NCBI GenBank assembly: GCA_035221665.1
Contig: CM069134.1
Span: 94,860,001 to 94,924,000, forward strand
Direction of reading: 5' to 3'
DNA length: 64,000 bases
Source: Okamejei kenojei
Lineage: Eukaryota
A model generated the notes under the pieces. That model was not told the origin of the DNA. It saw only the letters and a program-made list of their open reading frames with translations, and did not search any database. Both the position numbers and the translations under genes were made by a program. Shown piece after piece: positions 13,328 through 25,165 of the stretch (position 1 is the stretch's first letter; each line of letters opens with the position of its first letter).

Positions 13328-14371
13328 TGGGTATGTTACAAAACTTACCTCTAGCTGTGCTGCAGTTCTGCCACTGGCCGTGTGCGCGACTTTGGCGCCT
13401 TTAAGGGTGGGGGCTGGGTTAAAATGCGGTTTTCCCCTTGCCATCCGGAATAATATTTTGTCGGAGTGCGATCTATTTCTGGAGATTTGTTCCGACTGCC
13501 GGTAAGTTAATTTTTTCTTTTAATCGCCCGACTATTTCTGCGCTGCAGTAAAATAAAAATTAGCTCCTAATGCCGTGAACGCCGACGACGGGGACCGACT
13601 TTACGTAGGGGACAGGTAAGTGAAAGCTGTTTATTTTTACATATACACTTGCTTGTTTAGGTGACTTTAATCAATATTTCATGTTGCGAAACGGTGATTT
13701 AGTCCCCATACGAACCGGCAGAGTTTTTCCTGCCGATATTGGGTTTAAATTCATCGCAACCGGAACGTTCCAATCCATCGCGTTCCAGAAAATCCCACTC
13801 GCAAGCTGTTTAAAATGCCCATTAATTTCAGGCATTAAACACAAAATTCCTTCAATTTGGCCTATAAATTAATGACAATTAAATTTAAAAATCATGTTAT
13901 ATTGTGAATTCTTGTGTGAATGTTATTTGGACACTTAGGCTTTTAAAAAAAAGTTAATATTTTCTTGAGAAATGGATAGATGTTTAGATCTAGTAATTGA
14001 ATTTTGTAATTAGCTATAATTGGGTAACTAACTAATTATATGCTTTAATTTCAGGGCATCCAAGTAAGATTGTTTCATATTAGTTTCAGAATGCTTCAAT
14101 CTATAATAACTGAAAATTTCTTTCAGTTCTCTTAATTTTTAAGAAAATTATGGCCTTTTGACTGTCCTCGATCACAACTTTTGTGTTAAGTCAATGGAAA
14201 GGCAATGGGGAACAAGATGCTAATTTCCGAGTATGAAAATGGCCAAAACTTTTTTAATACTGAAGATATGAAAGTGAATTAGGTGTCAAATTAAACTTCT
14301 TTGTATGCTTTATCTGATGGGATAAATTGCAGACTTGATTTTTAAAATCTCAAAATGTTGTAACATTGCTA
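13328..14371. mobile_element. Putative non-autonomous DNA transposon nested in CR1
   Basis: Cleanly interrupts CR1 RT sequence. Imperfect terminal inverted repeats TGGGTATGTTACA / TGTAACATTGCTA with flanks ctatata / ctgtata. No coding capacity. Confidence 0.55.
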
Positions 14372-16599
14372 CTGTATAACCTATCCCTCGGAATACTCTC
14401 TAGTAACTTTCCAACTACAGATGTTGAGCTCACCGGCCTATAGTTCCCAGCATTTTCCCTGCAGCCCTTTGTGAAAAGAGGCACAACATTTGCCACCCTC
14501 CAGTCTTCCGGCATCTCTCCTGTATTTAAGGACGACTCGTAAATTTCAACCAGGGCTCCCGCAATTTCCTGTCTAGTTACCTGTAATGTCCTCGGACCCT
14601 GGAGATTTGTCTACACATGACAGTACCTTCAGTACTTCTTCGAAGGTAACACTGACTGCTCTCATGACACTTCCATTGACTGCCCCAAGTTCCTCCGTCC
14701 TATTGTCTTTGGGGAGAAATAGTCATTGAGGACCTTGCCCATCTCCTATGGCTCCACACAGAGGTGACCACTTTGATTCCTGAGAGGTCCCACTCTCTCT
14801 AGTTAATTTTCTCCCCCTTATGTATTTATAAAATCATTTGGGATTGTCCTTAATGCTACCCGCCAGAGCTATCTCCTGGCTCCTTTTTGCCCTTCTGAAA
14901 AGTCTTTTTCAGTTTACTCCTTAGTTCCCGGAACTCCTCCGGGGATGCACTTGATCCCAGCTGCCTATACCTGTCCCATGCATCCTTCTTGTTTTTGACC
15001 AACGCCGCAATTTCCCTCGTTAGCCAAGCTTCCTAACTTTTGCCTGGTTTGTCCTTCACTCTAACGTAGATATCCTGACCTTTCGTCAGCACATTTTTAA
15101 AAGCATCCCACTTGGCCGATGTTTCTTTCCCCTCAAATAACCTGCTCCTGTTAACCTGAGCGAGACCTTCTCTCAAACCCTCAAAGTTGGTCTTTCCCCA
15201 GTTGAGCATTTTAACACGTGGACCCTCTCTGTCCCTATCCATAACTATCTTAAATCTAATCGAACTGTAGTCACTGGTCCCTAAAGGCTCCTCCACAAAC
15301 ACTTCATTAAATTGCCCTTCCCAATTTCCAGTGTTGCCCTCTCACATGTGTGTGGGGGCATCCACATACTGTTTAAGAACACTCTCCTGAACGCTTTTGA
15401 GGAATTGCACCCAGTCTAAACCCTTCACGCTATGATTTTTCCCAGTCTATATTGGGAAAGTTAAAATCCACTACTACAACAGCATTATTTGACCTGCAGC
15501 TGCCTGCAATCTCCTGGCATATTTGTCCTTCTAATTTCCGTTGACTATTCGGGGGTCTGCAGTACACCCCCAGCAAGGTAACCATCCCTTTCTTGTTCCT
15601 CAGCTCCACCCATATAGCCTCAATAGACGAACCAACCATAATGTCACCTGTGATCATTGCCGTGACATCCTTCTTAACCAACAATGCAACCCCCCCCCCC
15701 CCCCTCTTTTTTTTTCCTTCACCCGCTCTCCTGAAGCTCCTGGACATTCTGCCAGTCCTGCCCCTCCCTTAACCAGGTTTCAGTCATTGCTATAACGTCC
15801 CAGTCGCTCGTACCTATCCCATGCCCTAAGCTCATCTGCCTTACCTCTCAGGCCCCGTGCATTAAAATACGTGCAGTTTAAAACAACCCTCCTTCCTCAC
15901 TCTCCGCCTTTCACCTGCCTATTCTATCCACTAACCTTTCCCACACCACCCTCCGTACCAACTTCTAGCCTCTCACGTGCCTCTGGCCTGTACGAGATCC
16001 CACCCCCCTGCCAATCCAGTTTAAACCCTCCCGTGTGGCATTAGCAAACCTTTCCCTTCTGGAATGCAACCAATCCCTTTTGTACAGGTCACCCGTGCCC
16101 CAGAAGAGATCCCAATGTTCTAGAAATCTAAATCCATGCCCCCTGCACCAACTTCTCAGCCACACATTCATTTCCCCAATCTTCCTGTTCTTATCTTCAC
16201 TAGCACGAGGTTCTGGAAGCAATCCTGAGATCACTACCTGCAGGTCCTGCTTTTACCCAATTCCGTAACCTCGTGTTGCAGAATCTCCTTCCTCTTCCTA
16301 CCTATATAATTTGTGCCAACTTGCACAACAACCTCTGGCTGCTCCCCCTCACTCTTGAGGATGCCGTGCTGCCACTCCGAGACATCCTGGACCCTGGCAC
16401 TAGGGAGGCAACGCACCTTCCTGGAGCCTCGCCTGTTTCCACAGAATCTCCTGTCCGCACCTCTGACTATTGAGTCCCCCAGCACTACGGCTCTGCCTGG
16501 CGTCACTCTTCCTCGTTGAGCCTCAGCACCAGGGTTGGAATCACAGCCATGGCTGCCACTCAATCTTGTCATGTAATCCACTCCGAAAGCTCCCCAGAG

Positions 16600-17815
16600 G
16601 ATGAATGAATGAATGAATGAATAAGTTTATTGGCCAAGTATTCACATACAAGGAATTTGCCTTGGTGCTCCGACTGCAAGTGACAACATAACATATAGTG
16701 ACAGTTAGGAATGACACATAAAACATTAAACATTAATAATAAAACTTTATTGATTAAACATGTGAATTAAATAAAATACCAGAGCAAAAGAAGGCTACAG
16801 ATATTTGGTTATTGAGTAGAGCTACTACTCGTGGAAAAAAGCTTTTTTTATGTCTGGCTGTGGCAGCTTGAACAGTCTGGAGTTGCCTTTCAGAGGGAAG
16901 TGATTCAAAGAGTTTGTGGCCAGGGTGAGAGGGGTCAGAGATTATTTTACCCGCTCGCTTCCTGGCCCTTGCAGTGTACAGTTCGTCAATGGAGGGAATG
17001 TTGCAGCCAATAACCTTCTCAGCTGATCGGACGATGCGCTGCAGCCTCCGGATGTCGTGCTTGGTGGCTGAGCCAAACCAGACCATGATGAAGAAGGTGA
17101 CAATAGACGTATAGAACTGGACCGTCATTGCCTGTGGCAGATTGTGCTTCCTCAGCTGCAGCAGTAAGTACATCCTCTGTTGTGCCTTTTTGACTGAAGA
17201 GTCGATGGTGGTCCCCCATTTAATGTCCTTGGAGATGATGGTCCCAGGAACTTAAAAGACTCCACAGATGTGACTGTGGCGTTGTTGATGGTGAGTGGGG
17301 TGAGGGGAGAGGAAGCTCTCCTAAAGTCGACAATCAATTCCACTGTCTTTAGAGCATTGAGTTCCAGCTGTATCACTTCCTGTCTGTAGGTAGATCCTGC
17401 CTGCACTTCCTGTCTGTAGGTAGACTGCCCATCCTGGATCTGTCCAATTAGGGTTGTGTCATCCGCAAACTTGAGAAGCTTGACAGAGGAGTCAGTGGAG
17501 GTGCAGTCATTGGTGTAGAGAGAGTAGAGGAGAGGGGAGAGTACGCAACCTTGCGCTGCTCCTATGCTGAGGGTTTGCGGGTCCAAGATGTGCTTTCCCA
17601 GTCGCACATACTGCTTCCTGTATGTCAGGAAGCTGGTGATCCACAGACAGAGGGGTTCAGGCACAGTCAACTTGAAAAGTTTGGAGTGTAGTAGCTCTGG
17701 CACAATGGTGTTGAATGCAGAGCTAAAATCAACAAACAAAATCCTTGCATAGGTCCCTTGGCTGTCTAGGTGCTGGAGGATGAAGTGCAGGCCCAGGTTG
17801 ACTGTGTCATCCACA
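16600..17815 (-). mobile_element. Rex1/Babar LINE, 5'-truncated, nested in CR1 ORF1
   Basis: Motifs FVDFSSAFNTI, QGCVLSPLLYSLYT and KFADDTT, with an (ATTC)n tail at about 16600-16622. Confidence 0.9.
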
Positions 17816-17897
17816 GATCTGTTTTCAATAGGTACAGCCACTGGGGGCTCCTGCACTCCATGTTTACTTCTCTTCCTCGTTGTAACCCACCTTTGCT

Positions 17898-18889
17898 ATT
17901 TACAATATATATTAATGATCTGGATGAGGGAATTGAAGGCAATATCTCCAAGTTTGCGGATGACACTAAGCTGGGGGGCAGTGTTCGCTGTGAGGAGGAT
18001 GCTAGGAGACTGCAAGGTGACTTGGATAGGCTGGGTGAGTGGGCAAATGTTTGGCAGATGCAGTATAATGTGGATAAATGTGAGGTTATCCACTTTGGTG
18101 GCAAAAACAGGAAAGCAGAATATTATTTAAATGGTGGCCGATTAGGAAAAGGGGAGATGCAGCGAGACCTGGGTGTCATGGTACACCAGTCATTGAAAGT
18201 AGGCATGCAGGTGCAGCAGGCAGTGAAAAAAGCGAATGGTATGTTAGCTTTCATAGCAAAAGGATTTGAGTACAGGAGCAGGGAGGTTCTACTTCAGTTG
18301 TACAGGGTCTTGGTGAGACCACACCTGGAGTATTGCGTGCAGTTTTGGTCTCCAAATCTGAGGAAGGACATTATTGCCATAGAGGGAGTGCAGAGAAGGT
18401 TCACCAGACTGATTCCTGGGATGTCAGGACTGTCTTATGAAGAAAGACTGGATAGACTTGGTTTATACTCTCTGGAATTTAGGAGATTAAGAGGGGATCT
18501 TATAGAAACTTACAAAATTCTTAAGGGGTTGGACAGGCTAGATGCAGGAAGATTGTTCCCGATGTTGGGGAAGTCCAGGACAAGGGGTCACAGCTTAAGG
18601 ATAAGGGGGAAATCCTTTAAGACCGAGATGAGAAAGACTTTCTTCACACAGAGAGTGGTGAGTCTCTGGAACTCTCTGCCACAGAGGGTAGTTGAGGCCA
18701 GTTCATTGGCTATATTTAAGAGTGAGTTGGATGTGGCCCTTGTGGCTAAGGGGATCAGAGGGTATGGAGAGAAGGCAGGTACGGGATACTGAGTTGGATG
18801 ATCAGCCATGATCATATTGAATGGCGGTGCAGGCTCGAAGGGCTGAATGGCCTACTCCTGCACCTAATTTCTATGTTTCTATGTTTCTA
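17898..18889 (+). mobile_element. Young 5'-truncated CR1 copy (same family as 4721-7280)
   Basis: Uninterrupted RT C-terminal frame to 18792, a (ttctatgt)n tail, and a perfect 17-bp TSD TGTAACCCACCTTTGCT at 17881-17897 and 18890-18906. Confidence 0.95.
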
Positions 18890-19424
18890 TGTAACCCACC
18901 TTTGCTCTTTCTGTATCCTCGGAGTGACAACCTCACTGTAGGTCTTGTCCAGGAAACTCTCGGTTTGCTGGATGATCCAGAGGTCATCCAGCTGCTGCTC
19001 CAGTTTCCTAACACAGTCCTTCAGCAGCTGCACCTGGACATAATTTCAGCTGATGTAGTTGTTAGAGGCACCAGCAGTGTCCCTGACTTCCGACATCCTG
19101 TGAGAGAGACACTATGAAAACTTGCCTGCCATTACTTCAGTGGACAAAATCACAAATTACGAATGAGACACACCCAGATTTGAGTGAAACCTATTCCCTG
19201 CTCTGCTGCCAATAGCTTCTTCTGCACTGCTAATTGTGAATGATTTTATCTAATTTTAATATAATACACATTACTGATAAATGTTTCTATGACGATTTCT
19301 TAGCAGGTTTTTAATATTTTCCATACATTACTGATAAGTATTTCTAAGCTGATTTCTTCGCAGGTTTTTACTTCAATGATTTTCCATTCAATGTGAAGAA
19401 AATGTATAATTCATGGCGACACGA

Positions 19425-19830
19425 AGAACAGCAGATGTTGTTTTACAAGAAAAAGTTGCAAGGTGCTGGAGTAAATAAGTGGGTCAGGCAGCATCACCTG
19501 AGAACATGGACAGGGCACGTTTTGGGTTGGGGCCCTTCTTCAGACTGGTTGTAGTAGGGAATGGGGGAAAGTTGGAAGACAGGTGGGGGCAGGACAAAGT
19601 CTGCCGAGTGATAGGTGGATATGGTTGAGGGAGTGGTTTATTGGCAATTGGTTGGACAAAGGCCAGAGATGAACAGACAAAAAGTGAGATAAGGATAGAA
19701 GAGGTGCAGCATGTGAGGCCAGAGGGAGAGGAAAGGAAGATGTTGGTGCACATCCAGGTGGGGCACTGGATAGAGATGTGGGAAGGGGGTTGGGTTTTGT
19801 AGCTTGGTTACCTATCATTGGAGATTTCAA
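19425..19830 (-). mobile_element. Decayed Penelope-like terminal repeat and 3' fragment
   Basis: Similar to 4120-4500 and 55100-55400, with a degenerate ctgaagaagggccccaacccaaaacg core. Confidence 0.6.
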
Positions 19831-22141
19831 TGTTCTCTAATTTATATGTTACACTATTGTCACACATACTGTACTTCTTCTTGCTTATGGTGTGCACAGC
19901 CTAAAGTTGTAAGTCAACTTATTCTATTTGATCTTTTGTTTGTGCACGTCGGGTTGATTGCATTAGTTGAAACAGGGTGGACCACGTGAAGGTTGCAATC
20001 TCCCACCCCACGTACTGTACTGTATATGTGAATATTTCACATTTTTCTCATACAGATGGGACATTTGAAAATTGGGATATATGAGCAAATCAGCAAACCA
20101 ACAACATTCAAAATTCTTTGATTGTGTTTGATCAGGTTATGCTGAAGAAGGTGGTATCCTGTGAGAGAAATCTCAACTTTCACTTCCAGTAGAGAAATTA
20201 AAATTTCAGGTAATATTTGGTATGGGTTCATTGATTACCGTTTCTCTAGCTTTCTATCGCTGGTACATTGTACTGCCTGCCTATTGATGTTTTCATTTTT
20301 CTCAGCTGCTAGACTTAGAAATTTAATTGCCCACTTTTCCTATTTTAAATAGGTAGGTCTTTGCCCTTTTTTGAGTTTTGTTGTTTTATGTAATTCTGAT
20401 TTTTGTTTACCTTTCCTTCAGACATTGTATGGCTAAGAGAACAAACAGGTTGAGGGTTCATTCAACCATGTCATTTCTTGATGGAGAAGGCTCAATGAAG
20501 AAGACGGGGTAATGAAAAGTGCCCATTTTGGGAAAAAAGTAAATCTAATGTTCTTTATAGGTTTACTGTGGGATTGCAAGTAAAGGAGAAGATAATTATT
20601 GAGGAATGTGATGTTGATGACTATAATACATACAAAAGGATCAGTAAGTCTTTTCAATTTAAATTCAGGAGGCCCCCTAAAAATCAGAGTGAGTTAAATG
20701 TTTCATTGTGGGACCTTGGGTGGGGTATGATGCAAGAATAAATTTTACTTCTAGATAATTTTCCTTGTTGTCATAGTTTCTTTATTCTGATAGCCAAATC
20801 AAACAAGTAACTCTGGACCCTAAGTATCAACTAAAGTAAAATGAAGCACAATATGGAAGGACGCTGCCTCTCATTTGCTGTTGGGGTCTGAATTCAGTTC
20901 TGACCTCTAAGACAATTCAAATACATCATGCACTACATGATAGAAAACTCATGACAATAGCTAAATGACCTGGCTTTGCATCACACAGATCAAGCTTTTC
21001 TCCACACAAAAGTAAGTCAGAATAACACACCGTCAAGAGTCAAGACTCCAGAGTGTTCAGTTGTCAAATGTACTGGTATCAGAACTAATAAATTCTTACT
21101 TGTTGCAGCTTTTCAGGCACATTAGTCCAATTACACATGTATAAATATACAATAATAAATAATACACAAAATTAATTATGAATAATACAGGGAAACCCAG
21201 TCATACTAGTGCAAAATCAAAATATGTATCTGACGGTTGCTGGGAAGAAGCTGTTCTTGAACCTGCTGGTCTTAGTTTACAGGCTCCCATACCTTCTCCC
21301 CAGTGGTAGCAAGATGACTGCAGGCAGGCTGGTGTGAGTCTTTAATGATATCATAGCTTAATTGATGTTGGTTTTGTACCTAGACTGACAAAGAGATCTG
21401 TCCATTTTTAGAAAGGAAGGACAAAGGGAAGAGAAAGCATCAACACCAGAGAATTTTTTTATCTTTCAAAATAATTATTTTCCCCTGTTGCTCAATGCAC
21501 ACATGTACTTCAGAATAATCTTTAAGGGAAGTAAAAGGACACATTTTTAAACAGGATATTTTAAGGTTGGGAGGCGTACTAAAAACTTTTAAGACCAACA
21601 AATAAGGTGCTGAAAATGCACAAATAAGTTATGATAAAGAACTCATGTTTTTGGTATCGCAAAAAGTTCATCCCATTGTAGGGGTTTTAGTTCCCTTTAC
21701 CAGCTGCCCGAGTGATTCTCCCCCTTGTCGGTGGGTCAAACGGCCACCACTCCACTCGAGCGGTTCCCAAGAGAGAATACAAATAAAAAGGGGTTCCCCT
21801 GGGTTCTAGACCTCGGAATTATGATGGGATATGATAAAAAGGTTGACTTGTCCAGAGCATGCTGATGAGAGAAAACAGAAACCAAGACGGACTCTAAGCA
21901 AGTCTAAAATTTACAGGCTTTATTAAACAATGAGAAATCGAATCTCACCAACACTACATAATATGTGGCTAAACTTATGCTTTAAACTAAGACTATGGAA
22001 AGAAAATTATCGGGCATGTCGTAAAAACGTACTTTACACAATTTTAATTACAGATGCACCCCCCCTTTCCCCTTCTCTCAACCTCTATCCTATTTCGGGA
22101 ACTTCTCCAAGTCGTCTGGGGGTACTTACAGCTAGATAGTT

Positions 22142-22338
22142 TTTTGTTTTTTTTAATTTCAAAATAGAACTTTATTCAGGTAATAAATATATACAATACA
22201 TGAACCGACATTTTCGGAGGCAATACAAATTATTCGATGCAGTTTATATACATTTCTCAATTCAGTCCCCCACCCGTGCCACTTATGTGGCCCACTGGCG
22301 TGGGATCCCTTCCCTTATTTTGAGGGGCGTCTCCACCA
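22142..22338 (-). mobile_element. Tx1/L1-clade element 3' UTR, insertion 1
   Basis: A-rich tail and AATAAA on the minus strand. Flanked by TTACAGCTAGATAGTT at 22126-22141 and 22339-22354. Diverged homolog of the 3' UTR of insertion 2. Confidence 0.8.
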
Positions 22339-22354
22339 TTACAGCTAGATAGTT

Positions 22355-23051
22355 TTTTTTTATTTTTTTATTTCAAAATATACTTTATTCGAATGATAAA
22401 TATATAAAATACATTAACCTTGCGGAAAATCCATCCGACATTTTCGGAGGCTGTACAATAGATCAATACAGTTTAGACATTTCTTTCCCCCAAATTTCCA
22501 CAAATCAGTCCCCCACTCGTGCCACAGTGGCGTGGGATACCTTCCCTTATATTGAGGGGCATCTCCACCATACCGTACCCCCCATGTCCAGCAGCGGAAG
22601 GGCGTTAGACTGTGGCCCTCCCCCACCGAGCCTTGGCGTTGGCTGCACCGAGCTTCAGTGCGTCCCTCAGCACGTACTCCTGCAGTCTGCAGCGGGCCAG
22701 TCGGCAACATTCCCTGACGGCCATCTCGCTCTGCTGGGTGGTGAACAATGCTCGGGCAGACCAAACAGCGTCTTTTACCGAGTTGATGACCTTCCAGCAG
22801 CACTCGATGTCAGCCTCTGAATGTGTCCCTGGGAACAGTCCGTAAATCACCGAGTCCTCTGTGACGGAGCTGTTCGGGATAAAGCGTACCAGGGACCCTT
22901 GCATTTTTCTCCAGACTCTTTTAGCAAACCCACACTCTGTAAAGAGGTGGGCAACCGTCTCCTCGCCATAGCAGCCGTCCCGAGGGCAGCGTGCGCTGGC
23001 AGTGAGGTTCCGACGGTGCAGGAAGGATCTGACTGGGAGGGCTCCCCTCAC
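22355..23051 (-). mobile_element. 5'-truncated Tx1/L1-clade retrotransposon (ORF2 C-terminal zinc knuckle and 3' UTR), insertion 2
   Basis: ORF 22605-23051 has LPVRSFLHRR...CPRDGCYGEETVAHLFTEC (CCHC, zf-RVT-like). Poly(A) tail present. Flanked by CAGCTAGATAGTT. Confidence 0.88.
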
Positions 23052-23067
23052 CAGCTAGATAGTTGCA

Positions 23068-23113
23068 AATCAAAATATACTTTATTCGAATGATAAATAT
23101 ATACAATAGATAG
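23068..23113 (-). mobile_element. Very short 3'-end fragment of the same Tx1 family, insertion 3
   Basis: tcaaaatatactttattcgaatgataaatatata is identical to the 3' end of insertion 2. Flanked by CAGCTAGATAGTTGCA at 23052-23067 and 23114-23129. Confidence 0.65.
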
Positions 23114-24679
23114 CAGCTAGATAGTTGCAGGGTCAAAAGCCGTCCAACAGAGCAGTAAAGAGAGCGAGTTCTGGCTTGCTTGTCCCTTTTATACCCGAGT
23201 TTCTCCCTTGAAACCTCCCAGGTGGTCCTCTGGACAAAAGGGTCTTTCGATGATTCCCAGTTTCGATCTGGCATGAACAATAGGCTTCCAAGGATAATGG
23301 GTTTGCTGATGACACAATACCTCAGCCTGATCGTTATCCCATCACCTGGATGGGCTCCCATTGTCCCGATGGATGGGCCATTTACGATGATGATTGTCTT
23401 GCTGCTGGGCTGTTTACCCCCGTCTACTGAGGCTCGGTTCCTTCCTTTGTCTTTCCAAGATAATCTTGTTATCTCCATCCCGGCCTTTCCTGGTCACACC
23501 ATTCGCATAGTCATGTAATGCCCAGGCCCACAGACAGGTTTTAAACTGGTTCTTCCTTTGTGGATTGGAGGTTATTCCTTTGCAGCCAGCAAGTCCGTTT
23601 TAAAAATGTCCATGTCCTTATCCCAGAGTTCTTCCATAATTTTGGAGGATTTGCCCCAATAACTTACACCATTTAAAAATAGCAAGGGAACTAGTTGGTG
23701 TGGTAGACTATATATGGTTCACATACTTAGCTCAGTTCCAGGATTTGTTGCCCATATATTATAACCACAAAGTTGTTCATTTACATACGATATATTCCTT
23801 TCCATGTTTTGCCTTTATTGGATATTTATTCATACAGTAGTAAGGAAAACTAGATTATAAGCAGATCAGAAGCAATTGGAAGAGTTGCAAAGATAAGGAA
23901 TGGGAAGTGAGGTGGGAGAGCTTCAAGGAAATGTAGATATCTTAAAGATGAAAGGTAATATAACAGCACAGAGAATGGAAAGTAGGGTCTACAGGTTTAC
24001 CTCGGATTATCCAAGACGCCACAAATTTGAAATTCGTTTAGAAACTTGAAAATGGCCACCAGGAGCAAAAGTATGGAGGCATATTTTTTAAAGTATTTTA
24101 CAGTTTCCTCAAATATGTTTATAAAGTATTAAGTTATTAGAGATGGGAGGGAATAGAGTATAACTGTATTGGGCAGGTGGAGGGAAAAGCTCCATTATTT
24201 TGGTTTTTGTTTGCTATAGCAGACTATAGCTGCAGCATACTCATTTTGGGGAGTGCATATTTAGAGGGATGGTCAATGGTACTTTATTGTCATGTTTACC
24301 AATGTACCTTGGGGTGTCAGGTGGTAGATCTCTGCAGGATACCCATTCTCTACTAGCCATTGTATTTGTGGCAAGTCAAATTAAGTTTATGGACAATGCT
24401 TGTCTCTCCCACTCATCAAACTTCAGAATATTTGTGGTTTTGATGATGGCAATGCCATTTAGGGTGTTTGGGTGATGAATAAAATTCTCATTACTGCAGC
24501 TAATCAATATCGACCATTCTGAACGATAAACATTCCATAACACTACAGCAGGTGCTGGAGGAACTTAGCGACTCAAGCAACATCTGTGGAGGGAATTGAC
24601 AGGGGATTTTTCAGGTCAGGAACTGTCTTCAGGCATAATACATCAGTGCAAAGTTGATATCATTTGGACCTTCAGTTTC

Positions 24680-25165
24680 AATTTAGTTTAGTTCATTGTC
24701 ACTTATACCAAGGTGCAGTGAAAAGCTTTTGTTGCATGCTATCCAGTCAGCAGAAAGGCAATAGATGATTGCAACTGAGCCATTTACAGAGTATCGATAC
24801 ATGATAAAGTAATATCATTTACTGCAAGGTAAAGCCAGCAAAAGTCCGATCAAGCATATCTGAGGGTCACCAATGAGGTATAGTAGTTCAGCATTGCTCT
24901 TTGATTGTGGTAGGATGATTCAGTTGCCTAATAACAGCTGCGAAGAAACTGTCCATGAATCTGTAGATGTGCGTTTTCACACTTCTATACCTTTTGCCTG
25001 ATGGGAGAGGGGAGGTGTGGAAGTGGCCAGGGTGCGACTCGTCCGTGATTATGCTGCTGGCCTTGCCAAGGCAGCGTGAGGTATAAATTGTATCAATAGA
25101 AGGGAAGTTTGTGTGATGGTCTGAGCTGCATTCACAAATCGCTGCAATTTCTGTATACATTGCTT
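24680..25165 (-). mobile_element. Rex1/Babar LINE 3' fragment
   Basis: SHPGHFHTSPLPSGKRYRSVK...DSFF, with an (aacta)n-type tail. Confidence 0.8.

Larger units (their letters stand above)
9590..19135 (-). mobile_element. Near-full-length decayed CR1 LINE (ORF1 zipper and SGNH esterase; ORF2 APE and RT), interrupted by five insertions
   Basis: ORF1 N-terminus (VRKLEQQLDDL) at about 18900-19135. Esterase motifs VLGDSIVR and VGTN at 15965-16581. APE motifs GGGVALLV and DFNFP at 15033-15747. RT pieces at 14380-14700, 13180-13320, 12518-12633 and 9916-10640. Confidence 0.85.
21677..23668 (-). mobile_element. Solo LTR (ERV/Gypsy-type), about 1 kb after removing the Tx1 inserts
   Basis: TGTA...TACA termini with a 4-bp TSD CCAT (21673-21676 and 23669-23672). 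Minus-strand TATAAAA at 23193-23187 and AATAAA at 21924-21919. Confidence 0.8.

Noticed and set aside
17373-17425. In-frame 30-bp duplication (STYRQEV twice) in the Rex1 RT
   Set aside because: A local slippage event in a dead element, with no functional implication.
17770-18792. 340-aa ORF as a novel fusion gene
   Set aside because: It is the RT C-terminus of a truncated CR1 read in frame from antisense Rex1 and CR1 sequence; the TSD marks the junction.
22126-23129. CRISPR-like array (repeat with variable spacers)
   Set aside because: The context is eukaryotic, the repeats are 13-16 bp target-site duplications, and the intervening sequences are homologous LINE 3' ends of very different lengths.
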